NCBI GenBank assembly: GCA_964397755.1
Contig: CAYNJY010000004.1
Coordinates: 1,117 to 65,116, forward strand
Direction of reading: 5' to 3'
Origin: an uncultured Gammaproteobacteria bacterium
GTDB lineage: Bacteria > Patescibacteriota > Microgenomatia > UBA10105 > UBA927
Length of the DNA stretch: 64,000 bases
Under the pieces are notes generated by a model. That model saw only the letters and a program-made list of their open reading frames with translations. It ran no database searches and had not been told where the DNA came from. Each line of letters opens with the position of its first letter. Positions within the stretch are counted from its first letter, which is position 1. Shown here in pieces: positions 26,794 through 35,953 of this stretch. Both the position numbers and the translations under genes were made by a program.

Positions 26794-27144
26794 ATGGAAC
26801 GAGCGCTCGCGGTGATTCGAAACCCCATTCTTCCACCCTCCCTTGGCGGCGGCACCGCGCCATCGGTTGAATCGGGTGGCAAGGGGGTGGGGCTTCTTAT
26901 CGGGAACATCATTGGTGGGCTTTTTATCTTTGGGTTTATCATTGCTTTTTTCTACCTTCTCACGGGCGCGTTCTTCTGGATTACGAGTGGCGGCGATAAG
27001 AACGGGTTGGAAAGTGCAAGAAACCGCATCATTCACTCCCTTGTTGGGCTTTTAATCCTCGCATCTGCCTGGGCGATGTTCTCACTGGTTGGGAAGTTTT
27101 TCGGTATAGATCTGCGGAACCTGCCGATCCCATCAATTAAATAA
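26794..27144 (+). CDS. VirB2/TrbC-like T4SS pilin family protein (paralog 6)
   Basis: Start at ATG 26794 (MERALAV...). FIFGFIIAFFYLLTGAFFWITSGGDKNGLESARNRIIHSLVGLLILASAWAMFSLVG. Confidence 0.65.
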   Translation: MERALAVIRNPILPPSLGGGTAPSVESGGKGVGLLIGNIIGGLFIFGFIIAFFYLLTGAFFWITSGGDKNGLESARNRIIHSLVGLLILASAWAMFSLVGKFFGIDLRNLPIPSIK

Positions 27145-27168
27145 ACCCCTATTGACAAGGCTCCTCTT

Positions 27169-27198
27169 GTTGCACAACAATGAATGGTAGCGTATAAT
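27169..27198 (+). promoter_or_regulatory. sigma-70 promoter upstream of pilin paralog 7
   Basis: TTGCAC, an 18-nt spacer, TATAAT, then GAGGAGG Shine-Dalgarno 7 nt before ATG 27224. Confidence 0.5.
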
Positions 27199-27223
27199 CA
27201 TTTTGTTTCACGAGGAGGACTCT

Positions 27224-27556
27224 ATGCATAAAGTGCTCGCACAGGCGAAAATTGAAATCAAGCAACCGTCTTCCATCAGAATCACTGAAATCGGACAACT
27301 CATTAGCGCGGTTGTCGGCACTCTTCTCATCGTTGCAGCCCTGTTGGCGTTCCTCTACCTCATTCTCGGAGGCATCAAGTGGATTACAAGCGGCGGAGAC
27401 AAAGCCGGCATGGAAGAAGCGCGCAATAAAATCACCCACGCAATCGTCGGACTTATTATCGTCGGCGCTGCCTGGGCCATCATGACGCTCATTCAAAACT
27501 TCCTCGGCGTCACGATCATTGGCGGAACCATTGAGTTTCCAAAGCCTTTTTTATAG
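27224..27556 (+). CDS. VirB2/TrbC-like T4SS pilin family protein (paralog 7)
   Basis: LLIVAALLAFLYLILGGIKWITSGGDKAGMEEARNKITHAIVGLIIVGAAWAIMTLI. Start at the SD-preceded ATG 27224. Confidence 0.65.
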   Translation: MHKVLAQAKIEIKQPSSIRITEIGQLISAVVGTLLIVAALLAFLYLILGGIKWITSGGDKAGMEEARNKITHAIVGLIIVGAAWAIMTLIQNFLGVTIIGGTIEFPKPFL

Positions 27557-27639
27557 GCAAAAACACTAAGGGACGTAAAAATCCTCGACGACAGCCGGGG
27601 ATTTTTGTTTTTCAGGAAATACCGTATACTCTACGTACC

Positions 27640-27969
27640 ATGATTCTCCCGCTTCTTTCCGTCATCCGGGCCGCGCCCCTCACGGATACGATCGAGGACG
27701 TTCCAACAATTCTCTCGTTCGAGTCGCTCTTCCGCAATATTGTTGGTGCCGTCGTTGCACTCTCTGGGATTGCGATTTTCATCATGCTCCTCGTCGGGGG
27801 CTTTACGTACCTCTTCTCCGGGGGTGACCAAAAAAAGCTCGAGCAAGCCCGTGGCACTATCACCAATGCTGTCGGCGGGCTTGTCATTATCGTCGCAGCC
27901 TACCTCATCCTTCAGACCATCAAGGCGTTCACCGGCGTTGACGTCACAATCTTTCGCATTCCTCGGTAA
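27640..27969 (+). CDS. VirB2/TrbC-like T4SS pilin family protein (paralog 8)
   Basis: VVALSGIAIFIMLLVGGFTYLFSGGDQKKLEQARGTITNAVGGLVIIVAAYLILQTI. Confidence 0.65.
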   Translation: MILPLLSVIRAAPLTDTIEDVPTILSFESLFRNIVGAVVALSGIAIFIMLLVGGFTYLFSGGDQKKLEQARGTITNAVGGLVIIVAAYLILQTIKAFTGVDVTIFRIPR

Positions 27970-27983
27970 CCCTACGGCGTGAT

Positions 27984-28012
27984 TGACGCAGGTGCGATTC
28001 GTAGCGCATAAT
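27984..28012 (+). promoter_or_regulatory. sigma-70 promoter upstream of the VirB6-like gene
   Basis: TTGACG, a 17-nt spacer, CATAAT, 14 nt before ATG 28026. Confidence 0.45.
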
Positions 28013-28025
28013 ACAAAGCGATACC

Positions 28026-29570
28026 ATGAAAAAACACTTTGTTCGTCTTAGTGCGTTCCTCCTCACGCTTCTTGTTGCGATCGGTCTCCTTTCTCGTCCG
28101 ACAATTGTTCGTGCCCAAGGCGCTCCTCCTAATTCTATTCAGAGCTGGTTTTCTCACACGGCGGCTAGCTTTATTCAAGATCTAGAAGCTGCACGCGCCG
28201 GCGGCATTGTGAAAGAAGCTGCAGACAGTTCAAGCATCATTAATCCGCAGCTTGTCCTTGCGTGCGAAATTCTCGGGTGCACCAATGATCTCACGCACCC
28301 GTTTGGGTACCAGCGGAGTCTCCTTGCGTTCGTCGACCGAACGGTTATTGCGATGTACGCAACACCGGTTGCGAGCACCCAGCTTTTCCTCGTTGACCTT
28401 GGAAAAAGCATCGGTCTCCTCCACCCGGCATACGCGCAGGGCGTCGGGTTCTCCGGACTTGAGCCGCTCCTTCCTATATGGAAGGCGTTTCGCAATATCG
28501 CTTACATCCTCCTTGCCATCATCCTCATCGCAGTCGGCTTCATGGTGATGCTGCGGAAGAAGATCGATCCGAAAACGGTGGTCACGGTACAAAATTCCCT
28601 TCCGCGCATCGTCGTTGCCCTTATTCTCATCACCTTCTCCTACGCAATCGTCGGACTCATGATTGACCTCATGTACCTCTCCATGCTGTTTCTCATCACG
28701 ATACTGGTCAACGCAAGCGGCGGGCTTCTCGGGAGTGATACTGCGGCAAAATACCTCGGCGGAGGATTCTGGAGTGCAGTTGGCGCGCTCTTTTCCGGAG
28801 GTATCCGCGCATTTGATGACTTTATCGCGCTTATTCCGAAGGGTGTGAGCGCAACAATTACGATTGTCCCTGGACTTCTCGCTGGCCTCTTTAGCGGAGG
28901 AAAACTGAGCGGCTTCATCACTGGCCTTGCTGCAGCACCCGCACTTTTTTTGCTTCTCATCGCCCTCGTCGTTCTCTTTGGCATAGTGCGGCTCCTGTTC
29001 ATGCTCATCGACGCCTACATCCATATCATTATCGCGCTTTTGACTGCGCCTATTCAACTTCTGTTTGATGCGATCCCGGGGGTCAACGCCTTTGGCGCGT
29101 GGTTCCGAAACCTCCTCTCCCGTCTCATCGTATTCCCGGTGACTGCCGCCATGCTCCTCATCGGCACGATTCTCACGCGCTATGAAAAAAATCCTGTCGG
29201 TATCCCTGGATTCGGGTCACAAAGCCCGGCGCTCTGGGGTCCGCCGTTTCTGACGAGCGATTCCGGCGTCCACGGCATGGCCGGGTTCATCGGCCTTGGC
29301 ATCCTCCTTTCGATCCCGATGATTGTCGCTGGGATTCAAAAAACACTCAAGGGCGAATCGATTATTCCCGGAGGCCCCGGCGCCATCTTCGGCCCAGCCG
29401 GTGCAGCATTCGGACAGCTTCTTCAGGTCGGCTACTATGGAACATTTATTACAAGCGCCTTCCGTCACAAGCAAGCAGAGAAGTCAGCCTACCAGCAGGT
29501 GCGCGAGGGAGCATCAAAAGGCATTGGGGTGCTCACAGGCGGCGGTGGAACGGGCGGTGGCGGACACTAA
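28026..29570 (+). CDS. VirB6/TrbL-like polytopic T4SS membrane protein
   Basis: 514 aa. Signal peptide, a roughly 130 aa N-terminal extracytoplasmic segment, then 7 or more TM helices with Gly-rich loops and a Gly-rich C-terminus. It is immediately downstream of the pilin array. Confidence 0.5.
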   Translation: MKKHFVRLSAFLLTLLVAIGLLSRPTIVRAQGAPPNSIQSWFSHTAASFIQDLEAARAGGIVKEAADSSSIINPQLVLACEILGCTNDLTHPFGYQRSLLAFVDRTVIAMYATPVASTQLFLVDLGKSIGLLHPAYAQGVGFSGLEPLLPIWKAFRNIAYILLAIILIAVGFMVMLRKKIDPKTVVTVQNSLPRIVVALILITFSYAIVGLMIDLMYLSMLFLITILVNASGGLLGSDTAAKYLGGGFWSAVGALFSGGIRAFDDFIALIPKGVSATITIVPGLLAGLFSGGKLSGFITGLAAAPALFLLLIALVVLFGIVRLLFMLIDAYIHIIIALLTAPIQLLFDAIPGVNAFGAWFRNLLSRLIVFPVTAAMLLIGTILTRYEKNPVGIPGFGSQSPALWGPPFLTSDSGVHGMAGFIGLGILLSIPMIVAGIQKTLKGESIIPGGPGAIFGPAGAAFGQLLQVGYYGTFITSAFRHKQAEKSAYQQVREGASKGIGVLTGGGGTGGGGH

Positions 29571-29583
29571 CACCATATTGACG

Positions 29584-32500
29584 TTAATGGCCGCCCTTTT
29601 TCTCTTCTTCTGCAATCGCTTTTTCCGCAGCCACCGCAATCGTCGCAGCCACAAGGACCCACCAATATTTGCGTGCCATTGCAAGCATTCGCCAGTTGAG
29701 CGTGGTTTTGAATTCCTTCCGCAGGTCATGGGCAAGCTCAGGTTTATCCGTGAACAACCCCATGTCCTCCATGGTATTGATGACCTCTTGAATCTTAAAC
29801 TCGTCCCACGCATTACCTTCAGAACCGGTGTAGCGGACTGAATACGAAATCGCCTGAGCGATCGAGTGCGGCCAGTGAGAGACCCGTTTTTCGGCGATGT
29901 TGTGCCACCTGCCATTGGTTAGTTTATTGAGAAGTTTATTGTCCTTCCAGTCCCGAGCATCAATTTCGTGGGCGTGCTTCATAAGCGTAGAAAGCCCGGG
30001 GACCCAACCAACGCTCCGCAGTGACCGGTGGCGGTTGAACTCGATGAACACCCGCGCGAGCTCCTTCATGACCGGTTCAGAAACTGGCGTGCCTACGTAG
30101 TTATTGATCGCGGCGCGAATTTTATAGAAGTGCTTAATCGTCTCTACCGGATCATTCGGCGACATAAGACTCGCTTCTGACATAAAGGCGAGGATCCCAT
30201 CCCTCGTCTCCATTTGATTGCCGATATCGCGAATCCTGCGGTGCATCGCAATCGAACCAAGTTGGAAAAAGTTTACGTCTTTCCAGTTAAAATCTGTTAG
30301 AGACAATGTGAGGGGCAATGCTTCGTTCGCGATCGCTTCGAGTATTGATTTATACTGGATGCCTTCGATCTTCGTATCTCTTCTTTTTGTAAGCTCTTCC
30401 TGCATGTCAACGAGTACGCCGCGGAGTGCCTCAAACCTTCCTTCAGGAACGCCTCTTGTTCGTAAAAATGGCACGATAACTGCGTCGAAATCTTCCTTTT
30501 TTGCAAGATCCATCTTCGCGAGGCTAAACCTCTTATCATCGTACAGCTTCACCTCGGCAAGTGAAAGAGCGCCTTGAAACGACCCCCATTCTTCCTTTGT
30601 AATTCCTCGTTTTTCAAGAATCCTACCCGTATCGTCGCGAAGAAGAGAGAGGAACTTCGATGGATTCCGGCGCATCATGCGCTCGAGAATACCCATCCTT
30701 CTGCCAGGACTTTTTTCTACTAGAAACTGAATGCTAAGCGCCTGATTTTCAAGCTGGGCTCCGTCGGGAAGTTTCTGCATCTCGAGGACTTTATTCCGAA
30801 CTTGCTCTGCCGCGCCTTTGTCTATCCTCCAGGCGCTCCCGTCCATTTGGCCGCCGCCTGAGAGGAATCCCGGTCCCAGAAGTTCGGTGAAGGAGATGCC
30901 GGTATTTTGCTCGGCAAACTCCATAACCTCCATGGCATAGCGCACCTCGGGATGCTTCTCTGTTTTGAATCGCTCCTTCCACTCTTTGGTCTGGGTGACT
31001 TTAAAGCCTCTCGGCGCTTCCTGTTTCTTCGTCATTCTGAGGTTTCTCCGGAGTATTCCGCGGGCGGTTTTGCCCATCTCGCCACCGATATTAAACCTAT
31101 GCGCGAATGCTTCTGGGTTAAAGATCCGAACCAAATCCTCAAACGCCGGCGCGCGCATGACGTCTTTTCCAGACGGCGCCGCAAACTCCGGGTACTCGTA
31201 GCGGGCTGGAGTAGACATGAAGGCGCTGATTGCCGCCATGCGACCGCTTCCGATCATGGCAGTTCGTGCCGCCCAGATAGCCATCCGAACCTTCCATTCT
31301 GGAGGATCCCCGTTTTCTCCCATTACCTCCCCCTTCATTTTACCCTCTGTTTTGAGATACTCGAGCAACCGCTCTCGAACTTCGATATCAATAGGCGACA
31401 GTCCGCGGGTTGCAATGAGTTCCTTGGTGTAACTCTCGTCCAGAGTCGCCTTCCGACGGCTGTAGAGTGTGTAGAGCTTGTTTGCACGCTCGAGCTCCTC
31501 CTGCTCAATCTCAGTAAGCGTCCCTCCTTTGTTGAGTTTTTCCACAAGTGCATCTCTGTATGCTCGTGTTTTTTCAAGAACAAGATACACCTCTGTGTAG
31601 CTGAGGACATCATCGTCCCAGAGGGAAACTCCTTCTGCCGCAAGATCCCGCTTTGCCTCAATCTCAAGCATCATTCTCTGCTCTTCGGTTGTCAGGGTGC
31701 CGTACGTGGTTTCTCCCGGCGTGGCGCCGGGAACTTCCTCTGCGTGTTTCTCTCGTAGAATCTTGAGTAAGTCCTCGCGGCTTATACGCCTCTTTTCATA
31801 GAGGGCTTTATTGGGGTTTTCTATAGCCTTTTTCCCGACTTTTTTCTCCGGTGGAGCTTTGCCGAAGAGCGGATTGTCTACCTCCTCCTTCAAAAATCGT
31901 ATAGCCTCTTGGTACTTGCCTTGCCTTTCGGCAAGCGTTTCGGCAACCACGTGTTCGTAGAGGCTCGCCGCGTAGTTTGAAAATTCGTAGTTTTTATAGA
32001 GGTGGTCAAGATCAGCTCCCGTGAGGAGCGCCATTGCTTTGAGCCGGTCCTTGACGTCGCCGGGGTTGTAGAGAAGCCCTTTGACTGCGTATTCGTAGGT
32101 ACCGCGACCATCCCAGTGCTTCTGGTAGAGCTCGTTGACTAGGTTGTACTCTGCGCCGTACTTCCACCGCAGGTACCGCTTAAACTCTTCAAACTTCTGC
32201 ATCTGTGGCAGGTCCGGGTGCGATTGCTCCTTTCCCAACCGGTAAATTTCGTCAATGAAGTTAAAGTACCAATCTGCCTCTCCGTCCGACCCGTTTCGTA
32301 TGTTTCTCACCTCATCCTCACCGAAATAATCTGAAAAAATATAATCTTCTTTTCCGATTCTCTCTGCCCGTTCGCGTTCAGCCTTCGGCGCTTGGCTGGC
32401 AATGTCGTCCCATCGGACGACGCGCTCCCCGAAGCGCTGTTTCCGACTACTTTCAAGCTGTGTCACGGAAGCATGCGCAGAAATTTCTTGGAGTATCTTG

Positions 32501-33237
32501 AGGCGCTTTCCTATTTCTTCCCGTACTATTGGGTCCTCGAACTGCTTCGCGCCGAGCTCCCGGATGCTTTGGATGTAGTGTTCAAGCTCTTTGGGATTCT
32601 GCGCTGCCTGCGCATCAAGGGTAAGCTCGCGTTTAATCTGCTGTATGCGGCCTCCGACCTCTGTGTCTTTCAATGGATCGATCTTATCGGCATACAGATT
32701 GTCAATCAGACCATCAAGACGGACTATGGGGGTGTCTAAAATTTCGTGGAATTCTGCTCTCAGCGTCGGCTGGTGTTCTGTGATTCTACGCAGGTACCGC
32801 GCAGCTTCCCTCCCTGCGGGGCTATGAATTTTTTCGTCTTCAATAATTGCCTTGAGTTTCTCCCCGACGCGGCGTAGGTACGCGGGGTCTACAAGGCGTG
32901 CCTCGTCAGCAGAAGCCATCTCTTCAACTGCCTCAAAAACGCGGAGGTTCCTTGGCTTCTCGCCGCCTAAAATTTTTCTCGCTGCTTCTGACGAACTTTC
33001 TGCAAGTTTCTTTGTAAGTTCCTCAAGTCTATCCGCAGGGATGTCGTGTTTCTCGGTTTTTCTCTTTGGCTTCTTGGCTTCCTCTTCTCCCCCCGGAGGT
33101 TTCTCGGGCTCTTTGGGTACTTCTGCCCCGGGCACCGCGGCATCTGCCGGCGGCTTCTCCGACGGAGGACCTCCAGCTCCGCCCCCAGCTTTTCCTCCCA
33201 GTGCACCCGGTCCTTTGAGTACTTCTTCACCAGCCAT
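29584..33237 (-). CDS. very large hypothetical protein (about 1217 aa) with disordered Gly/Pro/Glu/Lys-rich N-terminus and C-terminal TM anchor
   Basis: Start assigned to MAGEEVLKGPGALGGKAGGG. The body is predicted largely alpha-helical with no recognisable catalytic motif. The C-terminus is ...RKYWWVLVAATIAVAAEKAIAEEEKKGGH. It is convergent with the VirB6-like gene. Confidence 0.55.
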   Translation of the reverse strand: MAGEEVLKGPGALGGKAGGGAGGPPSEKPPADAAVPGAEVPKEPEKPPGGEEEAKKPKRKTEKHDIPADRLEELTKKLAESSSEAARKILGGEKPRNLRVFEAVEEMASADEARLVDPAYLRRVGEKLKAIIEDEKIHSPAGREAARYLRRITEHQPTLRAEFHEILDTPIVRLDGLIDNLYADKIDPLKDTEVGGRIQQIKRELTLDAQAAQNPKELEHYIQSIRELGAKQFEDPIVREEIGKRLKILQEISAHASVTQLESSRKQRFGERVVRWDDIASQAPKAERERAERIGKEDYIFSDYFGEDEVRNIRNGSDGEADWYFNFIDEIYRLGKEQSHPDLPQMQKFEEFKRYLRWKYGAEYNLVNELYQKHWDGRGTYEYAVKGLLYNPGDVKDRLKAMALLTGADLDHLYKNYEFSNYAASLYEHVVAETLAERQGKYQEAIRFLKEEVDNPLFGKAPPEKKVGKKAIENPNKALYEKRRISREDLLKILREKHAEEVPGATPGETTYGTLTTEEQRMMLEIEAKRDLAAEGVSLWDDDVLSYTEVYLVLEKTRAYRDALVEKLNKGGTLTEIEQEELERANKLYTLYSRRKATLDESYTKELIATRGLSPIDIEVRERLLEYLKTEGKMKGEVMGENGDPPEWKVRMAIWAARTAMIGSGRMAAISAFMSTPARYEYPEFAAPSGKDVMRAPAFEDLVRIFNPEAFAHRFNIGGEMGKTARGILRRNLRMTKKQEAPRGFKVTQTKEWKERFKTEKHPEVRYAMEVMEFAEQNTGISFTELLGPGFLSGGGQMDGSAWRIDKGAAEQVRNKVLEMQKLPDGAQLENQALSIQFLVEKSPGRRMGILERMMRRNPSKFLSLLRDDTGRILEKRGITKEEWGSFQGALSLAEVKLYDDKRFSLAKMDLAKKEDFDAVIVPFLRTRGVPEGRFEALRGVLVDMQEELTKRRDTKIEGIQYKSILEAIANEALPLTLSLTDFNWKDVNFFQLGSIAMHRRIRDIGNQMETRDGILAFMSEASLMSPNDPVETIKHFYKIRAAINNYVGTPVSEPVMKELARVFIEFNRHRSLRSVGWVPGLSTLMKHAHEIDARDWKDNKLLNKLTNGRWHNIAEKRVSHWPHSIAQAISYSVRYTGSEGNAWDEFKIQEVINTMEDMGLFTDKPELAHDLRKEFKTTLNWRMLAMARKYWWVLVAATIAVAAEKAIAEEEKKGGH

Positions 33238-33353
33238 AGAAAAATCGCGCCACTGTGACGCTCTCCTGACTATTCTACTGCCACGAAATGCCGGGCGCAA
33301 GCACAGAATACTAGTTGTCGTCAGCCTGTATTACATCACTTTAGAATCCCCGC

Positions 33354-34130
33354 CTAGGGGAGAAATGGGAGATGGTGTTTGAAGCTGTTCTTTTTTACCC
33401 ACGCTTTAACTTTCTCAACTACCCCATATGGGATTCTCTTCATGACAATCTCCTTCGTGGACTTTCTCTTATCGTAAAGAAGAAAAAGGATTTCATCGGC
33501 TTGCGCGTAGCTAAAGCCAAAGTCGCCTTCATCGGTCTGGCCCTCCCAGAGCCCGGCTGTGGGAGTCTTCTCTACAATTACTTCCGGAACACCTAGATAC
33601 CGTGCCAGTTGGTACACCTGGGTTTTGTAGAGCCCTCTCAGCGGTTCTACGTCGCTTGCCTCATCGCCAAAGCGGGTGTAATAACCGAGCATATGCTCAC
33701 TTTTATTCTCTGTACCGATAACCAGCGCGTGGCGCTTCTTTGCCTGATCAAAAAGGAGGGTCATCCGCACCCGGGCCATGATGTTTCCCCGCCGAACTCG
33801 ATCCATCGCAGGATCGCGACTCACCATCGGGTCAACGAAAGGCGCAATGTTAACCATAACAGCGTTTTCTACTGGAATCTCTAAAGACGTGATCACCGCC
33901 TGCGCGTCCTCCAAACCCTGTGGATTGAGGCCTTTATACGGAAGAAGCACGGGGCAGACGTTTCCCTTTCCGAGCGCACGAACGGCAAGCGCACAGGCCG
34001 TTGCCGAGTCGACGCCACCAGAGAGCGCAATCACCGCGCGAGAAAAACCCTCTTTCTCAAAAGAAGACGATAAAAAAGAAACGAGTTCGAGCATCGTTTT
34101 TTTGGTATCAACCTCCAGTAATTTCTTCAT
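33354..34130 (-). CDS. nadE: NH3-dependent NAD+ synthetase
   Basis: 258 aa with PP-loop SGGVDS (IALSGGVDSATACALAV) and the NadE fold. Confidence 0.85.
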   Translation of the reverse strand: MKKLLEVDTKKTMLELVSFLSSSFEKEGFSRAVIALSGGVDSATACALAVRALGKGNVCPVLLPYKGLNPQGLEDAQAVITSLEIPVENAVMVNIAPFVDPMVSRDPAMDRVRRGNIMARVRMTLLFDQAKKRHALVIGTENKSEHMLGYYTRFGDEASDVEPLRGLYKTQVYQLARYLGVPEVIVEKTPTAGLWEGQTDEGDFGFSYAQADEILFLLYDKRKSTKEIVMKRIPYGVVEKVKAWVKKNSFKHHLPFLP

Positions 34131-34148
34131 AGCTTTTCAATCTGGAAT

Positions 34149-34706
34149 TTACGTGTAGAGTCCGTGTTTCTCGATATACGCCGCTACGTCTTTCGGCACG
34201 AACTGGTCGACGGAAAATCCCCTAGCAACGCGCTCGCGGATCTTTGTGGAGGAGATGTCGGTTGTCATAAGAAGCTCGTGGGTGAGAAGCGTCATGTTGG
34301 GGTACAGGGGCTTATTGGGATAGCCCTGCCGCGGAAACACAACGAAGGGAAGCTTCTTAACAAGCTCCTCCCAGTGGCCCCACTCATGAAATCGCGGCAG
34401 CCAGTCGCTCCCGATGACGAATCGGTATTCGTGTTCTTTCGGCAGATACGGAAGAAGGCTGATGGTACTCCCGTCAAGTTTGTGATCTATCTCGATCGTC
34501 GAGACGCGCGCGCGCGGAAGCGAAAGGAGCCTGACCATTGCTCGGCGATGGGAAGTCTCCGCGACTCCTGGTTTCGGCGGGTTCTGGCCGTAGCTTGGGA
34601 GAAACCACAGTTCGTCAGCGTCAGAGAAATCGAGAACTTGCCGTGCGATGAGGACGTGGCCCAGGTGCGGTGGGTTAAAGACCCCCCCAAAAAGAGCTAG
34701 TTTCAT
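34149..34706 (-). CDS. nadD: nicotinate-nucleotide adenylyltransferase
   Basis: 185 aa with GGVFNPPHLGHVLIA (the HxGH motif) and a C-terminal ISSTKIR motif. Confidence 0.85.
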   Translation of the reverse strand: MKLALFGGVFNPPHLGHVLIARQVLDFSDADELWFLPSYGQNPPKPGVAETSHRRAMVRLLSLPRARVSTIEIDHKLDGSTISLLPYLPKEHEYRFVIGSDWLPRFHEWGHWEELVKKLPFVVFPRQGYPNKPLYPNMTLLTHELLMTTDISSTKIRERVARGFSVDQFVPKDVAAYIEKHGLYT

Positions 34707-34775
34707 ACGTTGCCTATTATAATTCGTGAAAAGAAAAATTGGTAGTTTTCACGATTCTGATGCGCTTTTTTATAC

Positions 34776-34804
34776 TTGATGCCAGCGGTATAACCTTCTA
34801 CAAT
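34776..34804 (+). promoter_or_regulatory. sigma-70 promoter upstream of the T4SS-like operon
   Basis: TTGATG, a 17-nt spacer, TACAAT, about 40 nt upstream of ATG 34844. Confidence 0.4.
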
Positions 34805-34843
34805 ACTTTCTGCGGCTCTCAGTGTATACTTTGCTATCAACGA

Positions 34844-35950
34844 ATGATGAACACGCGACCTATGGAGCAACACCCAGTACCACAAAATGTCACAACGTTC
34901 CAGTTTCGCCTTGTTGGCGACATGACCATCAAGCAGTTTGGGTATCTTGCCGCCGGGGCGATCCTCGCATTCGTAAGTTACAAGTTGCCGCTTCCTTTAT
35001 TCTTTACGTGGCCGCTGACGAGCTTCTTTACCTTTTTAGGCATTGGATTTGCCTTTGTCCCGATCGAAGAGCGACCGATGGACGTCTGGGTTTTTTCATT
35101 TCTCCGAAGTGTCTACAGTCCCACGCAGTACGTGTGGCAACCGCGGCCGGTAGCCCACGTACAGGAACCTCCGAAACCTCCGAACGGTAACGGCCGTAAA
35201 CAGGCCTATCCTTCCCCTGTGTCAAAAGAAGCCTCACTGATGTCAAAGCTTTTTGATGCCTTTGGCATGCCCGCGCGTAAGCCCGAAACTTCCCCACGCG
35301 TTCTGCCGACCCAACAAAAACAGGAGGTCCCCTCGCCTGCCGAGCTTGCGGCTCTTGCCGGTCGCATATCCCAGCTTCAGCATGAGGTTGAAACAAAACA
35401 TAAAACAGAAGATCGGCTCCTTGAGCTTCAATCGCAGCTCACCGCTCTGCTTGCCGACAAGAAGCGGCTTGAGGACAGACTCATGTCTCTCGGGCACGCG
35501 CAAAGCGCACAAACATCACCGTTATCAAAACCAGCCCCTACCTTACCGGTAAACACTCCGGGTGCGACAGTCAAGGTTATTGGTCCGGCACAAGCGCCGC
35601 GTATTGGCATACCAAAACTTACAACTGTGCCAAACGTGCCTTCTGGCATCATCAAAGACAATCAGGGGAACTTTCTCCCCGGAGTCATTGTGACAATTCG
35701 GGATGCGGAGGGGATTCCTCTTCGGGCGCTCAAGACGAATAAACTCGGACAGTTTGCAGCATCCACTCCACTCACCAACGGAACCTACACTGTAGAGGTT
35801 GAGGATCCGCGCGCTCGCTATGTCTTTGACCGCGCGCAGATACCGCTCTCTGGCGCGGTCGTGCCCGCGCTTGAAATAACAGCAATAAGCCAGAAAGAAA
35901 TTTCCCGGCAAAAACTTGCACAGCAAATATTCGGCGACCAAAACATATAG
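34844..35950 (+). CDS. T4SS-associated membrane protein (two-TM N-domain, Pro-rich linker, coiled coil, C-terminal beta-rich domain)
   Basis: Start at ATG 34844. FQFRLVGDMTIKQFGYLAAGAILAFV plus a second TM helix, then a coiled coil (LQHEVETKHKTEDRLLELQSQLTALLADKKRLEDRL), then about 130 aa C-terminal. It is directly upstream of VirB4, the position of VirB3/VirB8-like components. Confidence 0.45.
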   Translation: MMNTRPMEQHPVPQNVTTFQFRLVGDMTIKQFGYLAAGAILAFVSYKLPLPLFFTWPLTSFFTFLGIGFAFVPIEERPMDVWVFSFLRSVYSPTQYVWQPRPVAHVQEPPKPPNGNGRKQAYPSPVSKEASLMSKLFDAFGMPARKPETSPRVLPTQQKQEVPSPAELAALAGRISQLQHEVETKHKTEDRLLELQSQLTALLADKKRLEDRLMSLGHAQSAQTSPLSKPAPTLPVNTPGATVKVIGPAQAPRIGIPKLTTVPNVPSGIIKDNQGNFLPGVIVTIRDAEGIPLRALKTNKLGQFAASTPLTNGTYTVEVEDPRARYVFDRAQIPLSGAVVPALEITAISQKEISRQKLAQQIFGDQNI

Positions 35951-35953
35951 CCC

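Noticed and set aside
28230-29057. 275-aa minus-strand ORF rich in Asp, Glu and Cys, antisense to the VirB6-like gene
   Set aside because: It is entirely contained within the polytopic membrane gene on the other strand. Its low-complexity composition is what antisense reading of Ala, Gly and Leu codons produces.
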